In this document: in pieces, positions 52,235 through 61,803 of the stretch
Layout of the letters: the number at the start of each line of letters is the position of its first letter
Numbering within the stretch: position 1 is the stretch's first letter
Source: a virus
Virus record (IMG/VR): IMGVR_UViG_3300036987_000083
Location: 32,001 to 96,000 of that record
Reading direction: 5' to 3' (one strand)
Length of the DNA stretch: 64,000 nucleotides
The notes under the pieces: generated by a model
Databases searched by the model: none
Told to the model about the DNA's origin: nothing
What the model saw: the letters and a program-made list of their open reading frames with translations, nothing else
Program-made: the position numbers and the translations under genes

Positions 52235-52451
52235 GCACCCCTTTTACAGGATGAGCACGCCACTTGTCTAGTTATTTGTTTCGGTCAAATGAAGATAGTT
52301 TTGGGCACCTGGCGCACCGCGTTAGACGTCGACCCCGAGTTCCTTGCAGCGCTTGCGCAGCTCTTCAGAGAGGCGAGGCTTTCGGCCGCATCGGCACTCT
52401 TCTTCGAGTAGGTCTTCAATCAATTTACGAAGCAATTCCGTTTCAGTCATT

Positions 52452-52673
52452 TCAGAGTCCTTGGCACTTCCTACAGTCGCACTCTCCCCAGACGGAAGCC
52501 CCGCAGGGAGGCTCCTGAGGAGGGTACAGGGCGCGAAGGTACTCGCGGGCGGCTTGCCGGGCCTGCTTCTCGATGGCGCGCTCCTGAATGTCGGCGGAGG
52601 CCCCTGACTGCACCCGATGACGGGGGATTGCCCGCTTAAGGTTTTGCCCCACCTTTCTCTCTCGGTAGCTCAC
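52452..52673 (-). CDS. basic protein with C-terminal Cys cluster
   Basis: GTGA overlap. Confidence 0.6.
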   Translation of the reverse strand: MSYRERKVGQNLKRAIPRHRVQSGASADIQERAIEKQARQAAREYLRALYPPQEPPCGASVWGECDCRKCQGL

Positions 52674-53044
52674 TGCGAAGCCTCCTCTCTCAACTCCCAC
52701 TCTCGGCGGGTGCCCACGTCGTAGTTACCTTCTTCGAGGTCCGCCAACGCCTCCCACTTCTGCCACTCCCTCGCGTACTCTGGAGAGCCGTAGCAGGGCT
52801 GAATCGCGTGCCAGTGCGGATTGAATTGCGGCGGGCGGAAACGTCCCTCCTTCATGGCAAGGGCAACCCGCCCCATCATCCGCAGCCCCTCCGCGTGTGC
52901 CTCCTCCCTCCCCAACTCGTGCCCTTTGAAGACATGGGCATGCGCCCACCGACTCCCCCTCTCATTCTCGACGACGACAGACACCGCGTCGTGTTCATCG
53001 CAACCCTGTTGGTACACATTCACCATGAGGGAGACGATGAACAC
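52670..53044 (-). CDS. hypothetical protein (W....P.YGS.EY); first gene of the leftward region
   Basis: GAGGT SD; promoter at about 53100. Confidence 0.7.
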   Translation of the reverse strand: MFIVSLMVNVYQQGCDEHDAVSVVVENERGSRWAHAHVFKGHELGREEAHAEGLRMMGRVALAMKEGRFRPPQFNPHWHAIQPCYGSPEYAREWQKWEALADLEEGNYDVGTRREWELREEASQ

Positions 53045-53104
53045 CGGACACCTCAGGGACTTCGGGGGAGCCCCCTCCTACCACATGACAAGTCATAGTG
53101 CAAG

Positions 53105-53600
53105 CGTCTTGCAGGGGTGCATGGAGGGTTGCCGGTGGTGTAGACACCGGGAAAACTCCGGGAAAACTCCCATACATGGTATAAGAGGGCCTACTTCTCC
53201 GGTTCAGAACATTTAGAAAAGTAGGTCCTATAAGCAGGGCCCTCCACCTTCAGTCATATTCCGGGGTACCTGCGCCCCCTAGTCGCTGTACATTAAGTAC
53301 TGCCCTTGTACAGCACGGGATGGCCCCCATGGTACGGTGCCTCTAAGCGCTGAGCTGTGCGTACGGTGCGTATCGGTCCATCTCGGTGCGGACAGCGCGT
53401 CTGCCGGTGTCAAAACCCAAAAAGTTTGGATTTTACCAAAACCCGTTTTTGGAATTTTTGGTGGAACCAGGGGTGGGGCACCTGTTTGACAAGTGACTGC
53501 AACAGTGAAGGGAGCGCTTGGCGAGTTTTTTTGAGTAGCAGGGTGTGGTGTTGTGGTATGGTGCGGTCAGCTTCCGAAAACCCTGACAACCGAGGTCCCT
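53105..53600. other. non-coding divergence junction with phased repeats and A/T tracts
   Basis: tandem box pair, inverted repeat, CGGT at a 10-bp period, phased A/T runs. Confidence 0.55.
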
Positions 53601-53990
53601 GTGGCGAATTACAAAGAACTGGTAGAGGAGCTGGCGCTGGCGTACCTGGGTGAGGACTTCCAGAAGAACCACGCGCGTAAGGCTGCTGAGTACGCGGCGG
53701 TGACGCCTTCGGAAAAAGGGGAGTGGCACTACTACAACAATCGCCACTACCACCATAAGACTGCCGCTGATTTCCATGATGCGGCTTTTAAGGCAATTAC
53801 CCAACATCCGAAGCTGGTCAAAAAGTATAAGCTAGGGGGCGACAGCGAGAATCCACAGGAGCTTCATGCCCGCAAGGCGCGCAGGCACCGCCTGCTGGCT
53901 ACGGCCCATGAGAAGCTGAGGGCTGGCGCGGATGCTCCGGAGAAGGATTCTAAGACGGGCAGCTACATCATCACCCGCAAGAAGTCTTAG
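53601..53990 (+). CDS. His/Lys/Ala-rich protein with acidic N-terminal segment
   Basis: GAGGT SD, GTG start. Confidence 0.7.
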   Translation: MANYKELVEELALAYLGEDFQKNHARKAAEYAAVTPSEKGEWHYYNNRHYHHKTAADFHDAAFKAITQHPKLVKKYKLGGDSENPQELHARKARRHRLLATAHEKLRAGADAPEKDSKTGSYIITRKKS

Positions 53991-54063
53991 ATTTTCGGAC
54001 GCAGGGGTTGGTGGCGTCGTAATGTAGGGCTGCCCGTTTTTTTTTCCTATGGAGTGACATCGC

Positions 54064-55539
54064 ATGGCGCTAATCGCGTATAATTTGACGGGTGCTCCGG
54101 TAGCGCTGAGCGGCGTAACCCCCTCCATCACCCTCCCTGCCAGTGCCGCGCCCCCTGTGCCCGGGGATGGCGTGAATGTCACCTCCGAGCTTCGGGGGCT
54201 GCTAGAGGCAACCTACATGCTGTTGCAGACCCAGGCGACAGGCGCGGTTCGCTACGTCTGGTCCACTGGCGTGGCGGAGTATGCGACGCCGGGGCTGACG
54301 GTATTGGACGCCGTGACATCCAAGGCCATCACCACCGCCACCACTCTCTACGTGACGACGGCAGGCAATGACTCCACTGGGGACGGCACCGTGGGCGCGC
54401 CATACCTGACGATTCAGAAGGCGCTCGACAGCCTGCTGGCCTACCGTATAACTGCTGTTGTCACAATCTCGGTTGGCGCGGGTAACTTCGCCGGGTTTGT
54501 CGCGGGTGGGTATAACCTTGGGGTTGGGGGTGCCGTGCATGTTGAGGGCACGATGACCGTTATTGAGAGTGGCACCGCCACAGCATTCAGTGTCGTAGAC
54601 GGGTATTTGAATATAGAGGACAACACAAAGACTTGGGTCGCAGACGAGCACCAGGGTCGCTTCGCGGCCGTAGCGTTTGGGGCAGGAGCCCTCGTTTACT
54701 TGCCTATTGGTACTAATAGCGCGACGCAGATGTCGATTGCGACTAACAACAGCAGCTTGGGTGGGAACACGGCATATTCCATTGCAGAGCCTGCTACCAA
54801 AATAACAACAGCGTCTTCTGCGGCGTCCGGAGTAGGCGTGTACTTCACGACTCCTAGCTCCGGGACTCAAACTGGCGTGGGTGTGCTGGTTCGCAGGGTA
54901 GAGGTTGGGACAGGCCTTGTCGCCACTGCACGGTGGGGTGTCTACGCCAACCTGACGAGTTGTACCCTGCGAGGCAGCGTCGCCAATACGGGCGCAAACC
55001 GGCTGGAGTGTACGTATTGTTCGTTCCTTGTTCCTGCTGCTGGTCGGGGTATTTCCTCGACGTCGGCGCTTACAGACTCCGGGATGATTAACGCGCAGCA
55101 GTGCGTGTTTGTCGTCGGAACTTCCGGGATTGGAGTTGCGGCGGCCATGGGAGGGCAGTCAGGTATGCGGGTCTCCTTGTGCCAGATTCGATGTGGAGGC
55201 GGGACCTCGGTAGGGTTCCATGTGTGCGGTGGGCAAGTGACTATAGGCTCCTGTGGCATTTGGGGGGCTGCAACCGGGCTGAAGGCCGAGAGGCACGCCG
55301 TCGTGGATTCCCCAGCAGTTCCCTCCTATCTCCCGCCGACTTTCGTGGGCTCTGGGAATACCCTGGCTGTGGAGTGCCTGACTGGCGCACGAGTAACCGT
55401 AGGGCCGAGTTCTACCCTCACTGGTACGACTGAAATTTCAGTCGACGGGGCGACCTCCACCATCGCGGCGATGCGGGCCCTGACTCCGAAGGTTTTTCCG
55501 GCAACACCTAATGCCTATGGCAGCTATGTTTGCGAGTAG
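54064..55539 (+). CDS. putative virion fibre/spike protein with beta-helix-like region
   Basis: LYVTTAGNDSTGDGTVGAPYLTIQKALD motif; Gly/Thr/Val/Ala-rich; N-terminal domain shared with 55689..56441. Confidence 0.7.
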   Translation: MALIAYNLTGAPVALSGVTPSITLPASAAPPVPGDGVNVTSELRGLLEATYMLLQTQATGAVRYVWSTGVAEYATPGLTVLDAVTSKAITTATTLYVTTAGNDSTGDGTVGAPYLTIQKALDSLLAYRITAVVTISVGAGNFAGFVAGGYNLGVGGAVHVEGTMTVIESGTATAFSVVDGYLNIEDNTKTWVADEHQGRFAAVAFGAGALVYLPIGTNSATQMSIATNNSSLGGNTAYSIAEPATKITTASSAASGVGVYFTTPSSGTQTGVGVLVRRVEVGTGLVATARWGVYANLTSCTLRGSVANTGANRLECTYCSFLVPAAGRGISSTSALTDSGMINAQQCVFVVGTSGIGVAAAMGGQSGMRVSLCQIRCGGGTSVGFHVCGGQVTIGSCGIWGAATGLKAERHAVVDSPAVPSYLPPTFVGSGNTLAVECLTGARVTVGPSSTLTGTTEISVDGATSTIAAMRALTPKVFPATPNAYGSYVCE

Positions 55540-55688
55540 CCCTTTGGCGGCTTCATCGTGCTTGTAGTGGTGATGCCCGTTGCTGCGCTCAGCCGCTGGG
55601 TTGATCTATACAGGAACTAATTTGATTAGCGGACTGGATGCCGGAGATACTGAGTAGGTCTTCCAACCCCTCTTTGAGGAATTACTCC

Positions 55689-56441
55689 ATGGCGCTACTT
55701 GTATCGAACTTGACTGGAGCGCCTGTCGCTCTAACCGGCATTACTCCCGCAGTTACGATTCCGCTCAGCGCGGCTCCTCCTGCGGCAGGACCGGCTGTTA
55801 ACGTCACTTCGGAGCTGCGTGGGCTGACTGGCCCGGAATATGTGGCGCTGCAGGCGCAGTCTGTCGCCACGCTTCAATACACCTGGTCGACGGGCGTAGC
55901 GGAATTTGCGACGCCAGGCCTGACTATTGCGGATTCCTCGGGCTACGCCCCCACCGTAGTTGGCTCTGTCGCTAGCGGACTCGGCGTCACTGTTGACTAC
56001 AATGGAGATCAACGCATTAGCCACCTCAAAGTCACCGTAGACCATACCGCCTGGATTGAGGCCGGGTTAGTTCAAAGTCTGACGCTGGCTTCCATCCCTG
56101 CAAAGGCCCGGATACTGAGTGTCATTGCCGACACCACTGCCGCACTCACCAACGGAGTGTCTACTTTGGATCTTGAGGTCGGCATCACCGGAACTCTCGG
56201 AGGTTGCATCGCTACCCACGACGTGCAAGCCGCCCCAGTAACCAAGGGGCTCCTTGATGCGGACATGGGCACGCTCATGACACGAGCGGCCGCCATCCAA
56301 GGCGGCACCCTCCCCTCCTGGACCGCCGCCACCGACCTCATCGCTACCCTCACTTCAGGCACGATTAACCTCGGAGATGGCGTGGCGACCGCCCTTACCA
56401 CCGGCAGCACGACGTTCTACGTAACCATCGAGATGCTGTAA
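55689..56441 (+). CDS. putative virion structural protein sharing the N-terminal domain of 54064..55539
   Basis: GAGGA SD; about 80-aa shared N-terminus. Confidence 0.7.
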   Translation: MALLVSNLTGAPVALTGITPAVTIPLSAAPPAAGPAVNVTSELRGLTGPEYVALQAQSVATLQYTWSTGVAEFATPGLTIADSSGYAPTVVGSVASGLGVTVDYNGDQRISHLKVTVDHTAWIEAGLVQSLTLASIPAKARILSVIADTTAALTNGVSTLDLEVGITGTLGGCIATHDVQAAPVTKGLLDADMGTLMTRAAAIQGGTLPSWTAATDLIATLTSGTINLGDGVATALTTGSTTFYVTIEML

Positions 56442-56506
56442 CCGCCCGGTACCACTACTTCAGGACGTGCTTGACAATGACGTCCTGAAGTAGTACTGTG
56501 GCCCAC

Positions 56507-56869
56507 ATGAACAGGTCGCCCATGCACTACCGAGACCCCCGGATGGCTCCTCTCTCGAAGTACCGCCTTGGGGAACGAGTTGCGCGGTACAAGGACCACC
56601 CCCTCATGCAGGACGTCTTGGACGACAAGACTCGGGTCGAGTTGGCGGCTGCACTTGACTTCCAGCAGCAGCAGGAAATGGAGCGGGCTCAGCTTGCTGC
56701 CGAAGAGCAAGCTGAAGCGGCTGCTGCAGCCAAGCGTGGCTTCTTCGCGAAGCTGGCATACCGGGCTTTTGACGCCGGAGTCGTCTTCCTCTTTGCCCAG
56801 GCTCCGGACGCCCTGAGTGACGGGCTTGACTGGATTGTCGAGCGAGTCGAGCGGGCCAAGAAGCGGTAA
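56507..56869 (+). CDS. hypothetical protein, near-leaderless
   Basis: TTGACA-N17-TACTGT-N7-ATG. Confidence 0.65.
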   Translation: MNRSPMHYRDPRMAPLSKYRLGERVARYKDHPLMQDVLDDKTRVELAAALDFQQQQEMERAQLAAEEQAEAAAAAKRGFFAKLAYRAFDAGVVFLFAQAPDALSDGLDWIVERVERAKKR

Positions 56870-56908
56870 GACTTTTCTACCTCGCCAGCAGCTCCGTGCT
56901 CTGTTAAA

Positions 56909-57685
56909 GTGCGACGCATGACTGCCTCTATGGGTACGCGAAATTTAACAAGGGATTTGCAGTGCATTCTGGAGCAGCAGGCGTCCATTGACGCGGCGCT
57001 CTTCACGGAGCAAGACGTGCTCCGGTACATCAACCGGATATGTGTCTCCTTGGAGGAAATCGGATTTGTTCCTCCGGGGGCCTTCACTATTGGCCGTCTT
57101 TTGAGGGCCATTGAGGAGGAGGTGCTGCCCGCGCTGCTTGCAGAGGACGCTACGCAGGTAACCAAGGTTGGTCCGCAGGGCGCTATTCCCCATGCCGCCA
57201 AGAAGCAGGGTTTCCTGAGTAGGGCAGTCGGCGCGGTAAAGGGGGCAATTCAACGTGGAGTGACTCGTGCGGCCACTAAGCTGCGTCAGCACCATTCGGC
57301 GAAAGCCTCCGCCGCGTTGGACGCTGCCGCGAATCCAGAGGTGCCGCTACACGTAGCCACCAAGGCCGCCAAGACGTATGCCAAGCACTACGTAAAAGCA
57401 GCGAAGCTGTCCAAGAGGCTCAATCCCAAAACGCATGCGGCGTTGAGCAAGTCAAAGGCTGACGCGGGCGATCCTGAGCACGGTACACGACACGACGCCG
57501 CGTACAATGTGTGGCACGCCCGTAAGACGGCCCCAACGCTTCAACGACACAAATTGAATCACGCCCATCAGCTAAAAATTACGGCGGACGTAAAAGCAGC
57601 CAAAGCGCAGCGCGCCGCAAAGAGTGCCCAGCCGAGTGTCGCCTCGGACGCTACCAACCCGGGAATTGCCCATAAGGGCATTTGA
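56909..57685 (+). CDS. acidic-N / basic-C protein, paralogue of 57699..58418 (start uncertain)
   Basis: shared LEQQ.SI...L.T..D...YI..C and HH.AKA.AALD motifs. Confidence 0.75.
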   Translation: MRRMTASMGTRNLTRDLQCILEQQASIDAALFTEQDVLRYINRICVSLEEIGFVPPGAFTIGRLLRAIEEEVLPALLAEDATQVTKVGPQGAIPHAAKKQGFLSRAVGAVKGAIQRGVTRAATKLRQHHSAKASAALDAAANPEVPLHVATKAAKTYAKHYVKAAKLSKRLNPKTHAALSKSKADAGDPEHGTRHDAAYNVWHARKTAPTLQRHKLNHAHQLKITADVKAAKAQRAAKSAQPSVASDATNPGIAHKGI

Positions 57686-57698
57686 GAGATTTTACGCC

Positions 57699-58418
57699 AT
57701 GAACCTTCGCGAACAGACTGCCGTGTTACAGGGATTGTTGGAGCAGCAACTCTCAATCGAAGAGGGTTTGCTCACCTCGAACGACCTGCCTCCGTACATC
57801 GATGCGCTGTGTCACCATGTAGCGAGTGCAGGGTATGAAGTACCGGAGTACTTTGAGTTGGCGTCCTTTATCGAAGGCGTTGAAGCTCTCCTGGCTACGG
57901 ACAACAGTCTTGACGAGAGTCTTTTGCGCAAAGGCATTAGCGCGTTGAAGGGCGCGGTAGCCCGGGGCTTGGCCAAGCTGCCCAAGGGCGCGCACGCGAA
58001 GCTGCAGAAGTACCACGCCAAAAAGGCTACGGCGGCGCTGGACTCTGGGGACGATCGCAAATACATCCATCATTACACTGCCAAGCACTTTCATCAGCAG
58101 CACGGGAATCCAGAGGCGGCGAAGATTGACGCAAAGAAGGCCGTCGCCCATAGCGAGCCCAAGCCCGGCACTACCCACGCCGCCAGGCGGAACTTGCGTT
58201 ACTCCAAGCGGGCGACCGCGACAGCCAAGGCACAGTCCAAGGAGCCCTACGCGGCCATCAGCGCCCGGAAGGCTGCGGCCCGGTCCGTGGACTTCGCGCC
58301 TCAAGACGAGCCCATGGGCGATTCCGGGCTAAGTTCCACCATCAAGTCCCCCAAGTCTGGTACTGCGACCATCAAGGCGACTACCGTCACCAAGCTGGCA
58401 CGCCCGAAGAGGTCTTGA
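57699..58418 (+). CDS. acidic-N / basic-C protein, paralogue of 56909..57685
   Basis: shared motifs; TGA inside TTGACA. Confidence 0.75.
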   Translation: MNLREQTAVLQGLLEQQLSIEEGLLTSNDLPPYIDALCHHVASAGYEVPEYFELASFIEGVEALLATDNSLDESLLRKGISALKGAVARGLAKLPKGAHAKLQKYHAKKATAALDSGDDRKYIHHYTAKHFHQQHGNPEAAKIDAKKAVAHSEPKPGTTHAARRNLRYSKRATATAKAQSKEPYAAISARKAAARSVDFAPQDEPMGDSGLSSTIKSPKSGTATIKATTVTKLARPKRS

Positions 58419-58440
58419 CAATACAGCTAGTGTACTGTAC

Positions 58441-59019
58441 ATGGGTCCCTGGTTCAAGGGAGGCGGGCACATGGCAAGACAACGCGCAGGGACGAACACA
58501 CGCGTTCTGGATGAAGAGGTAGCGAAGCTTACCGAGAGAGTAACGGAGCTTCAGTTGTTGAGGTCGCTAGATGCGAGCCGACAGGAGACTGCGTTACGGC
58601 TCCTTACTGCTACGCTCGAAGCGCTGGTAGCGGAGTGCACTCGACTGTTGGAGCCCCGGGCGACTCAGCCTGCTTCAATTGGGTCGTTAACCCCAATTCA
58701 GAATTCCCCCAAGAGCAAGCATGCGTTGCGTACTGCGCAGGTGACTCCGGAGGCGCTTCGCTTGAAGCTGGGAGGCACTCCGAAACTTGTCAATGTAGCG
58801 CTGGAGTCCGTAATAGAGGAAATTGCAGACTCTATTTACCCTAAGTCACTTTGTTCTGTGTCACAGGCTCCTCCGCCATCGGAGACTAAGGGCTTTTTGA
58901 CTTCCAAGGGGTTTTTCAAGCAGGCTAAAGGGAAGATTTTCAAGTCGTTAAAGGGCTCCCGCAAGCGTACGAAGCCTGCGTCGAAACCCCAGCTTCGTGC
59001 TAAAAAATCGAAGCGTTGA
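58441..59019 (+). CDS. hypothetical protein with basic tail
   Basis: ORF; alternative ATG at 58471 after GGAGG. Confidence 0.6.
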   Translation: MGPWFKGGGHMARQRAGTNTRVLDEEVAKLTERVTELQLLRSLDASRQETALRLLTATLEALVAECTRLLEPRATQPASIGSLTPIQNSPKSKHALRTAQVTPEALRLKLGGTPKLVNVALESVIEEIADSIYPKSLCSVSQAPPPSETKGFLTSKGFFKQAKGKIFKSLKGSRKRTKPASKPQLRAKKSKR

Positions 59020-59062
59020 CACCTCTAATTAAACCGCATTACCAACCATACTGGGGGCACCT

Positions 59063-59323
59063 ATGAGCGATAGCAGCACCAGAAAAGCTATTAGTGTGAT
59101 TACGGCAGCCGTTGTTGCGGAAGCCGAGGGATGGAAGACGAGGGCACTCATCGCAGAGCAGGCGCTTCTGGCTTCTCAAGAGGAGAGTGCGCTGCTGCGA
59201 AGCATGCTGGCCCACACCAATAAGCTCTTGGATGCCCTCATGGCTGAGCGGGAGGCTTTTCTTGCGAGGCAGGCGTCTTCCCGGCCTTTCTGCGCTCCTG
59301 TACTGCCTTCCCAACTGTCCTGA
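59063..59323 (+). CDS. coiled-coil hypothetical protein
   Basis: GGGGG SD-like. Confidence 0.6.
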   Translation: MSDSSTRKAISVITAAVVAEAEGWKTRALIAEQALLASQEESALLRSMLAHTNKLLDALMAEREAFLARQASSRPFCAPVLPSQLS

Positions 59324-59575
59324 GAAGGCTACAACCAGCGCTGGGGTAGGACTATCTTTTTAGAAAAACAAAAAATTGCCCGCGTTGCGGGCTGCGCCCG
59401 CATGGGGCGCATTAAAAGAGGTTACTCGGCGCGGCTTACTGAGGGGTGGCCCCCAAACATTTGTGGGTGGATCTTGAGGACGGGACATGGACGACTTTGA
59501 TTTGAGGGCTTGGTGCGTTGCTGGCGGTTTGCGTGTGAATCTTGAAGCCCTTACTCCGAAGTTCGACGAGTGCCT

Positions 59576-60025
59576 ATGAGTGCCTCCGAGCCCATCAACG
59601 ATGAGTGGCTTCGCGACGTCAAGGGCTTGGCCTACAGGGACCAGGACGGCCCCCAAGTGGGGGTCAGTCGCGAGGGGCTAAAGCGAGTTTTGGCGCGGCT
59701 GGAGGCTGCCGAAACTGCCCACAGGGAGGCTGAGGCCGCCCTCGGAGAGCAAAAGCAGCCTCGAAGCGAGGGGAAGGGCCGTTCTGGTGGCAAAACCGCC
59801 TCAGAGGCCAAAGCAGCCTCCCTTTGGGAGGAATTCACGGTGTACGTAGAGACTCCTCATTTGCCGGGACACGCAGTTCCTATGTGCGGTTTGTGCGGTA
59901 ACACAGGAGTCTTCGATACCCGTGAAACAGCGAAGACTCCTGTGGGGAATGTTTCTTGCGGCGTTCGGGCGTACTGCATCTGCCCCAATGGGCGCTCTAT
60001 GAAAGCAGCCGGGGACCCTCTATGA
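59576..60025 (+). CDS. hypothetical protein with C-terminal Zn motif (CGLCGNTG...YCICPNG)
   Basis: ATGA overlap downstream. Confidence 0.7.
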   Translation: MSASEPINDEWLRDVKGLAYRDQDGPQVGVSREGLKRVLARLEAAETAHREAEAALGEQKQPRSEGKGRSGGKTASEAKAASLWEEFTVYVETPHLPGHAVPMCGLCGNTGVFDTRETAKTPVGNVSCGVRAYCICPNGRSMKAAGDPL

Positions 60026-60312
60026 GTAAGCGCTTCTGGCTGAGTTGGAATGAGCTAGCCAAGGACTACCGTCCGTTGAGTTACCCACCGAATTCTTGCA
60101 TCTTGGGGTGGTGGTGCACCGGCTACGACGACACCTCCTCCAGGATTTGCGCTTGGGTTACCGCTACGGACGAAGAAGCGGCCAAGGCTGCTGTCGCTTT
60201 GGATTGGCCGGGCGCCAAGGACTGGCGTTTCTGCGCAGAAGTGGGCAGAGACTGGGAGCCGAGTGACCGCTTTCCGTTGGCAGAGTGGACTAGGGCGCGG
60301 GTGAACCCTTGA
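60022..60312 (+). CDS. conserved Trp-rich phage hypothetical protein (RFW.SW...GWWCTG...WRF)
   Basis: recalled motif. Confidence 0.7.
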   Translation: MSKRFWLSWNELAKDYRPLSYPPNSCILGWWCTGYDDTSSRICAWVTATDEEAAKAAVALDWPGAKDWRFCAEVGRDWEPSDRFPLAEWTRARVNP

Positions 60313-60575
60313 AGGTTCAGAAACATATTATTACCCTCTCGGGCGAGGTCCCGTTTGAGATTGAGAGGGGCACTCTCATGCAGACGACTGACGGCACCTT
60401 CTTCAGGGTGACTCGGCGTGTTTCCACTAATTGCATCGAAGTCGCGCCTTACCGCTGGTATCACAGGCTTTGGAGACATCTGGCCCGGCTTCCGGGTTGG
60501 CTGCTTTTATGGGGAGCCTTAGCCCTTCTCTTGGCATTGGGAGGCGTTCTGCTTCCTGGCTGGTTAGGGCCATGA
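60309..60575 (+). CDS. protein with C-terminal transmembrane segment
   Basis: overlaps both neighbours. Confidence 0.55.
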   Translation: MKVQKHIITLSGEVPFEIERGTLMQTTDGTFFRVTRRVSTNCIEVAPYRWYHRLWRHLARLPGWLLLWGALALLLALGGVLLPGWLGP

Positions 60576-60799
60576 CGGAGTTGGCCGAGTTCAAAGAGAA
60601 GTTCAAGCCTTATGCGAGGCATCTGGGCTTTTGCTGTCGAGGCCTCCCTAGCGGGCTTCGCCCCTGTAACTGCGGTGTGTTCGAGTTGCTAGATGCGGTA
60701 GGGGAAGAGGAGTTGGAGAAGCGCAGGCGGTTCCCGGAGTTGGGGCCGTTCCCAAATGTCCCACGCATCCAAGCATGGGTGCTGAGTTGTGAACGATGA
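60572..60799 (+). CDS. small Cys/His protein
   Basis: ATGA overlaps. Confidence 0.6.
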   Translation: MTELAEFKEKFKPYARHLGFCCRGLPSGLRPCNCGVFELLDAVGEEELEKRRRFPELGPFPNVPRIQAWVLSCER

Positions 60800-61047
60800 C
60801 TAAGGTGAGGGCGAAGATGCGAGCTTCGGAGCTGTTTCAAGCGTATCGGCGTGGGTGGCGAGACGCGGCTGCTTCCAGTCTCCCTGACACTCGATTTACC
60901 GCGCACCCCACCCGGGAAGATCTCACTGCGGAGTACCGGCGAGGCTACACGGAGGGGCGCGCTAGTTACACTGCGGACATGAATGCAGCCATGAAGCGCC
61001 TTGGTTATGTTCCTACCCTTTTGAGAGACTCCGAGGCTAGCGCATGA
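60796..61047 (+). CDS. hypothetical protein (Y.RG..DA...Y.RGY.EG)
   Basis: ATGA overlaps. Confidence 0.65.
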   Translation: MTKVRAKMRASELFQAYRRGWRDAAASSLPDTRFTAHPTREDLTAEYRRGYTEGRASYTADMNAAMKRLGYVPTLLRDSEASA

Positions 61048-61340
61048 CTAAAACATTGGTAGAGCACCTAGAGGGTTACGATACTGGGTTCAACTGCGTG
61101 CACGGGCGCGCGTTTGACTGTGATCCTTGCATGGAGCGGCTGTCCAAGCGTCAGCGCGCGGATGCTGTGGAGCTGTCTAATTTGCGCGCCATCAACGCGC
61201 ACATGCGCGTCAAGCTTAATTTAATTGTGGAGGTGTGCTCCTGGGTTCGAAGCGAATCTGACCCCTTAGTGCGTGTGGGGATTTTGGCGTTGGACGCCCT
61301 TTCTCCTCGTTTTGAGGAAGTAGACACCCCTTCCCATTAG
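61044..61340 (+). CDS. hypothetical protein (CVHG...C..C)
   Basis: ATGA overlap. Confidence 0.65.
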   Translation: MTKTLVEHLEGYDTGFNCVHGRAFDCDPCMERLSKRQRADAVELSNLRAINAHMRVKLNLIVEVCSWVRSESDPLVRVGILALDALSPRFEEVDTPSH

Positions 61341-61524
61341 TGTTGTGCTACTCTTGCCCAGTCGCAGGTGGCATGAAGCTCCTGGTTACTGCTGTCCCCG
61401 TTTCCGCCAGGAAATAACAGCGACAGTTGCGGATACGCGCTACAGCGTGTATGCCGTAACCGGAAAGGGCTCCCGGGTGGCAGAGCCCACTTCTTTTTGA
61501 CGTCCCCTACCTTTTGAGGCACGG

Positions 61525-61567
61525 GCCGCCGGTCGGAGTCTCCCTCCCCTCAGACCGGCGGCTTTCT
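61525..61567 (+). terminator. intrinsic terminator
   Basis: GCCGCCGGTC/GACCGGCGGC stem plus TTTCT. Confidence 0.75.
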
Positions 61568-61574
61568 CATGTCT

Positions 61575-61590
61575 GCGACCATCTGGTCGC
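61575..61590. repeat. 16-bp palindrome just upstream of a plus-strand promoter
   Basis: GCGACCATCTGGTCGC. Confidence 0.95.
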
Positions 61591-61629
61591 TACTTGACAA
61601 TGGCTAGGCCTTGGTGTATGGTTCTCCGC

Positions 61630-61803
61630 GTGAAGACTTACGGGAAAGATCGCCGGGCTTACGCCAACCGCCACCTCAAGGGCACCGACATGGCGTGTCC
61701 TTGCTGCGTGCCGTACTCCACCAAGCGTAAAAGTCCCACCAAGGCTTACAAGAAGCGTGCGCGGCAGGCCAAGAAGAGGGAGACGACCGCACATGTGACT
61801 TGA
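61630..61803 (+). CDS. small very basic protein (CPCC), near-leaderless GTG
   Basis: TTGACA-N17-TATGGT-N7-GTG. Confidence 0.65.
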   Translation: MKTYGKDRRAYANRHLKGTDMACPCCVPYSTKRKSPTKAYKKRARQAKKRETTAHVT

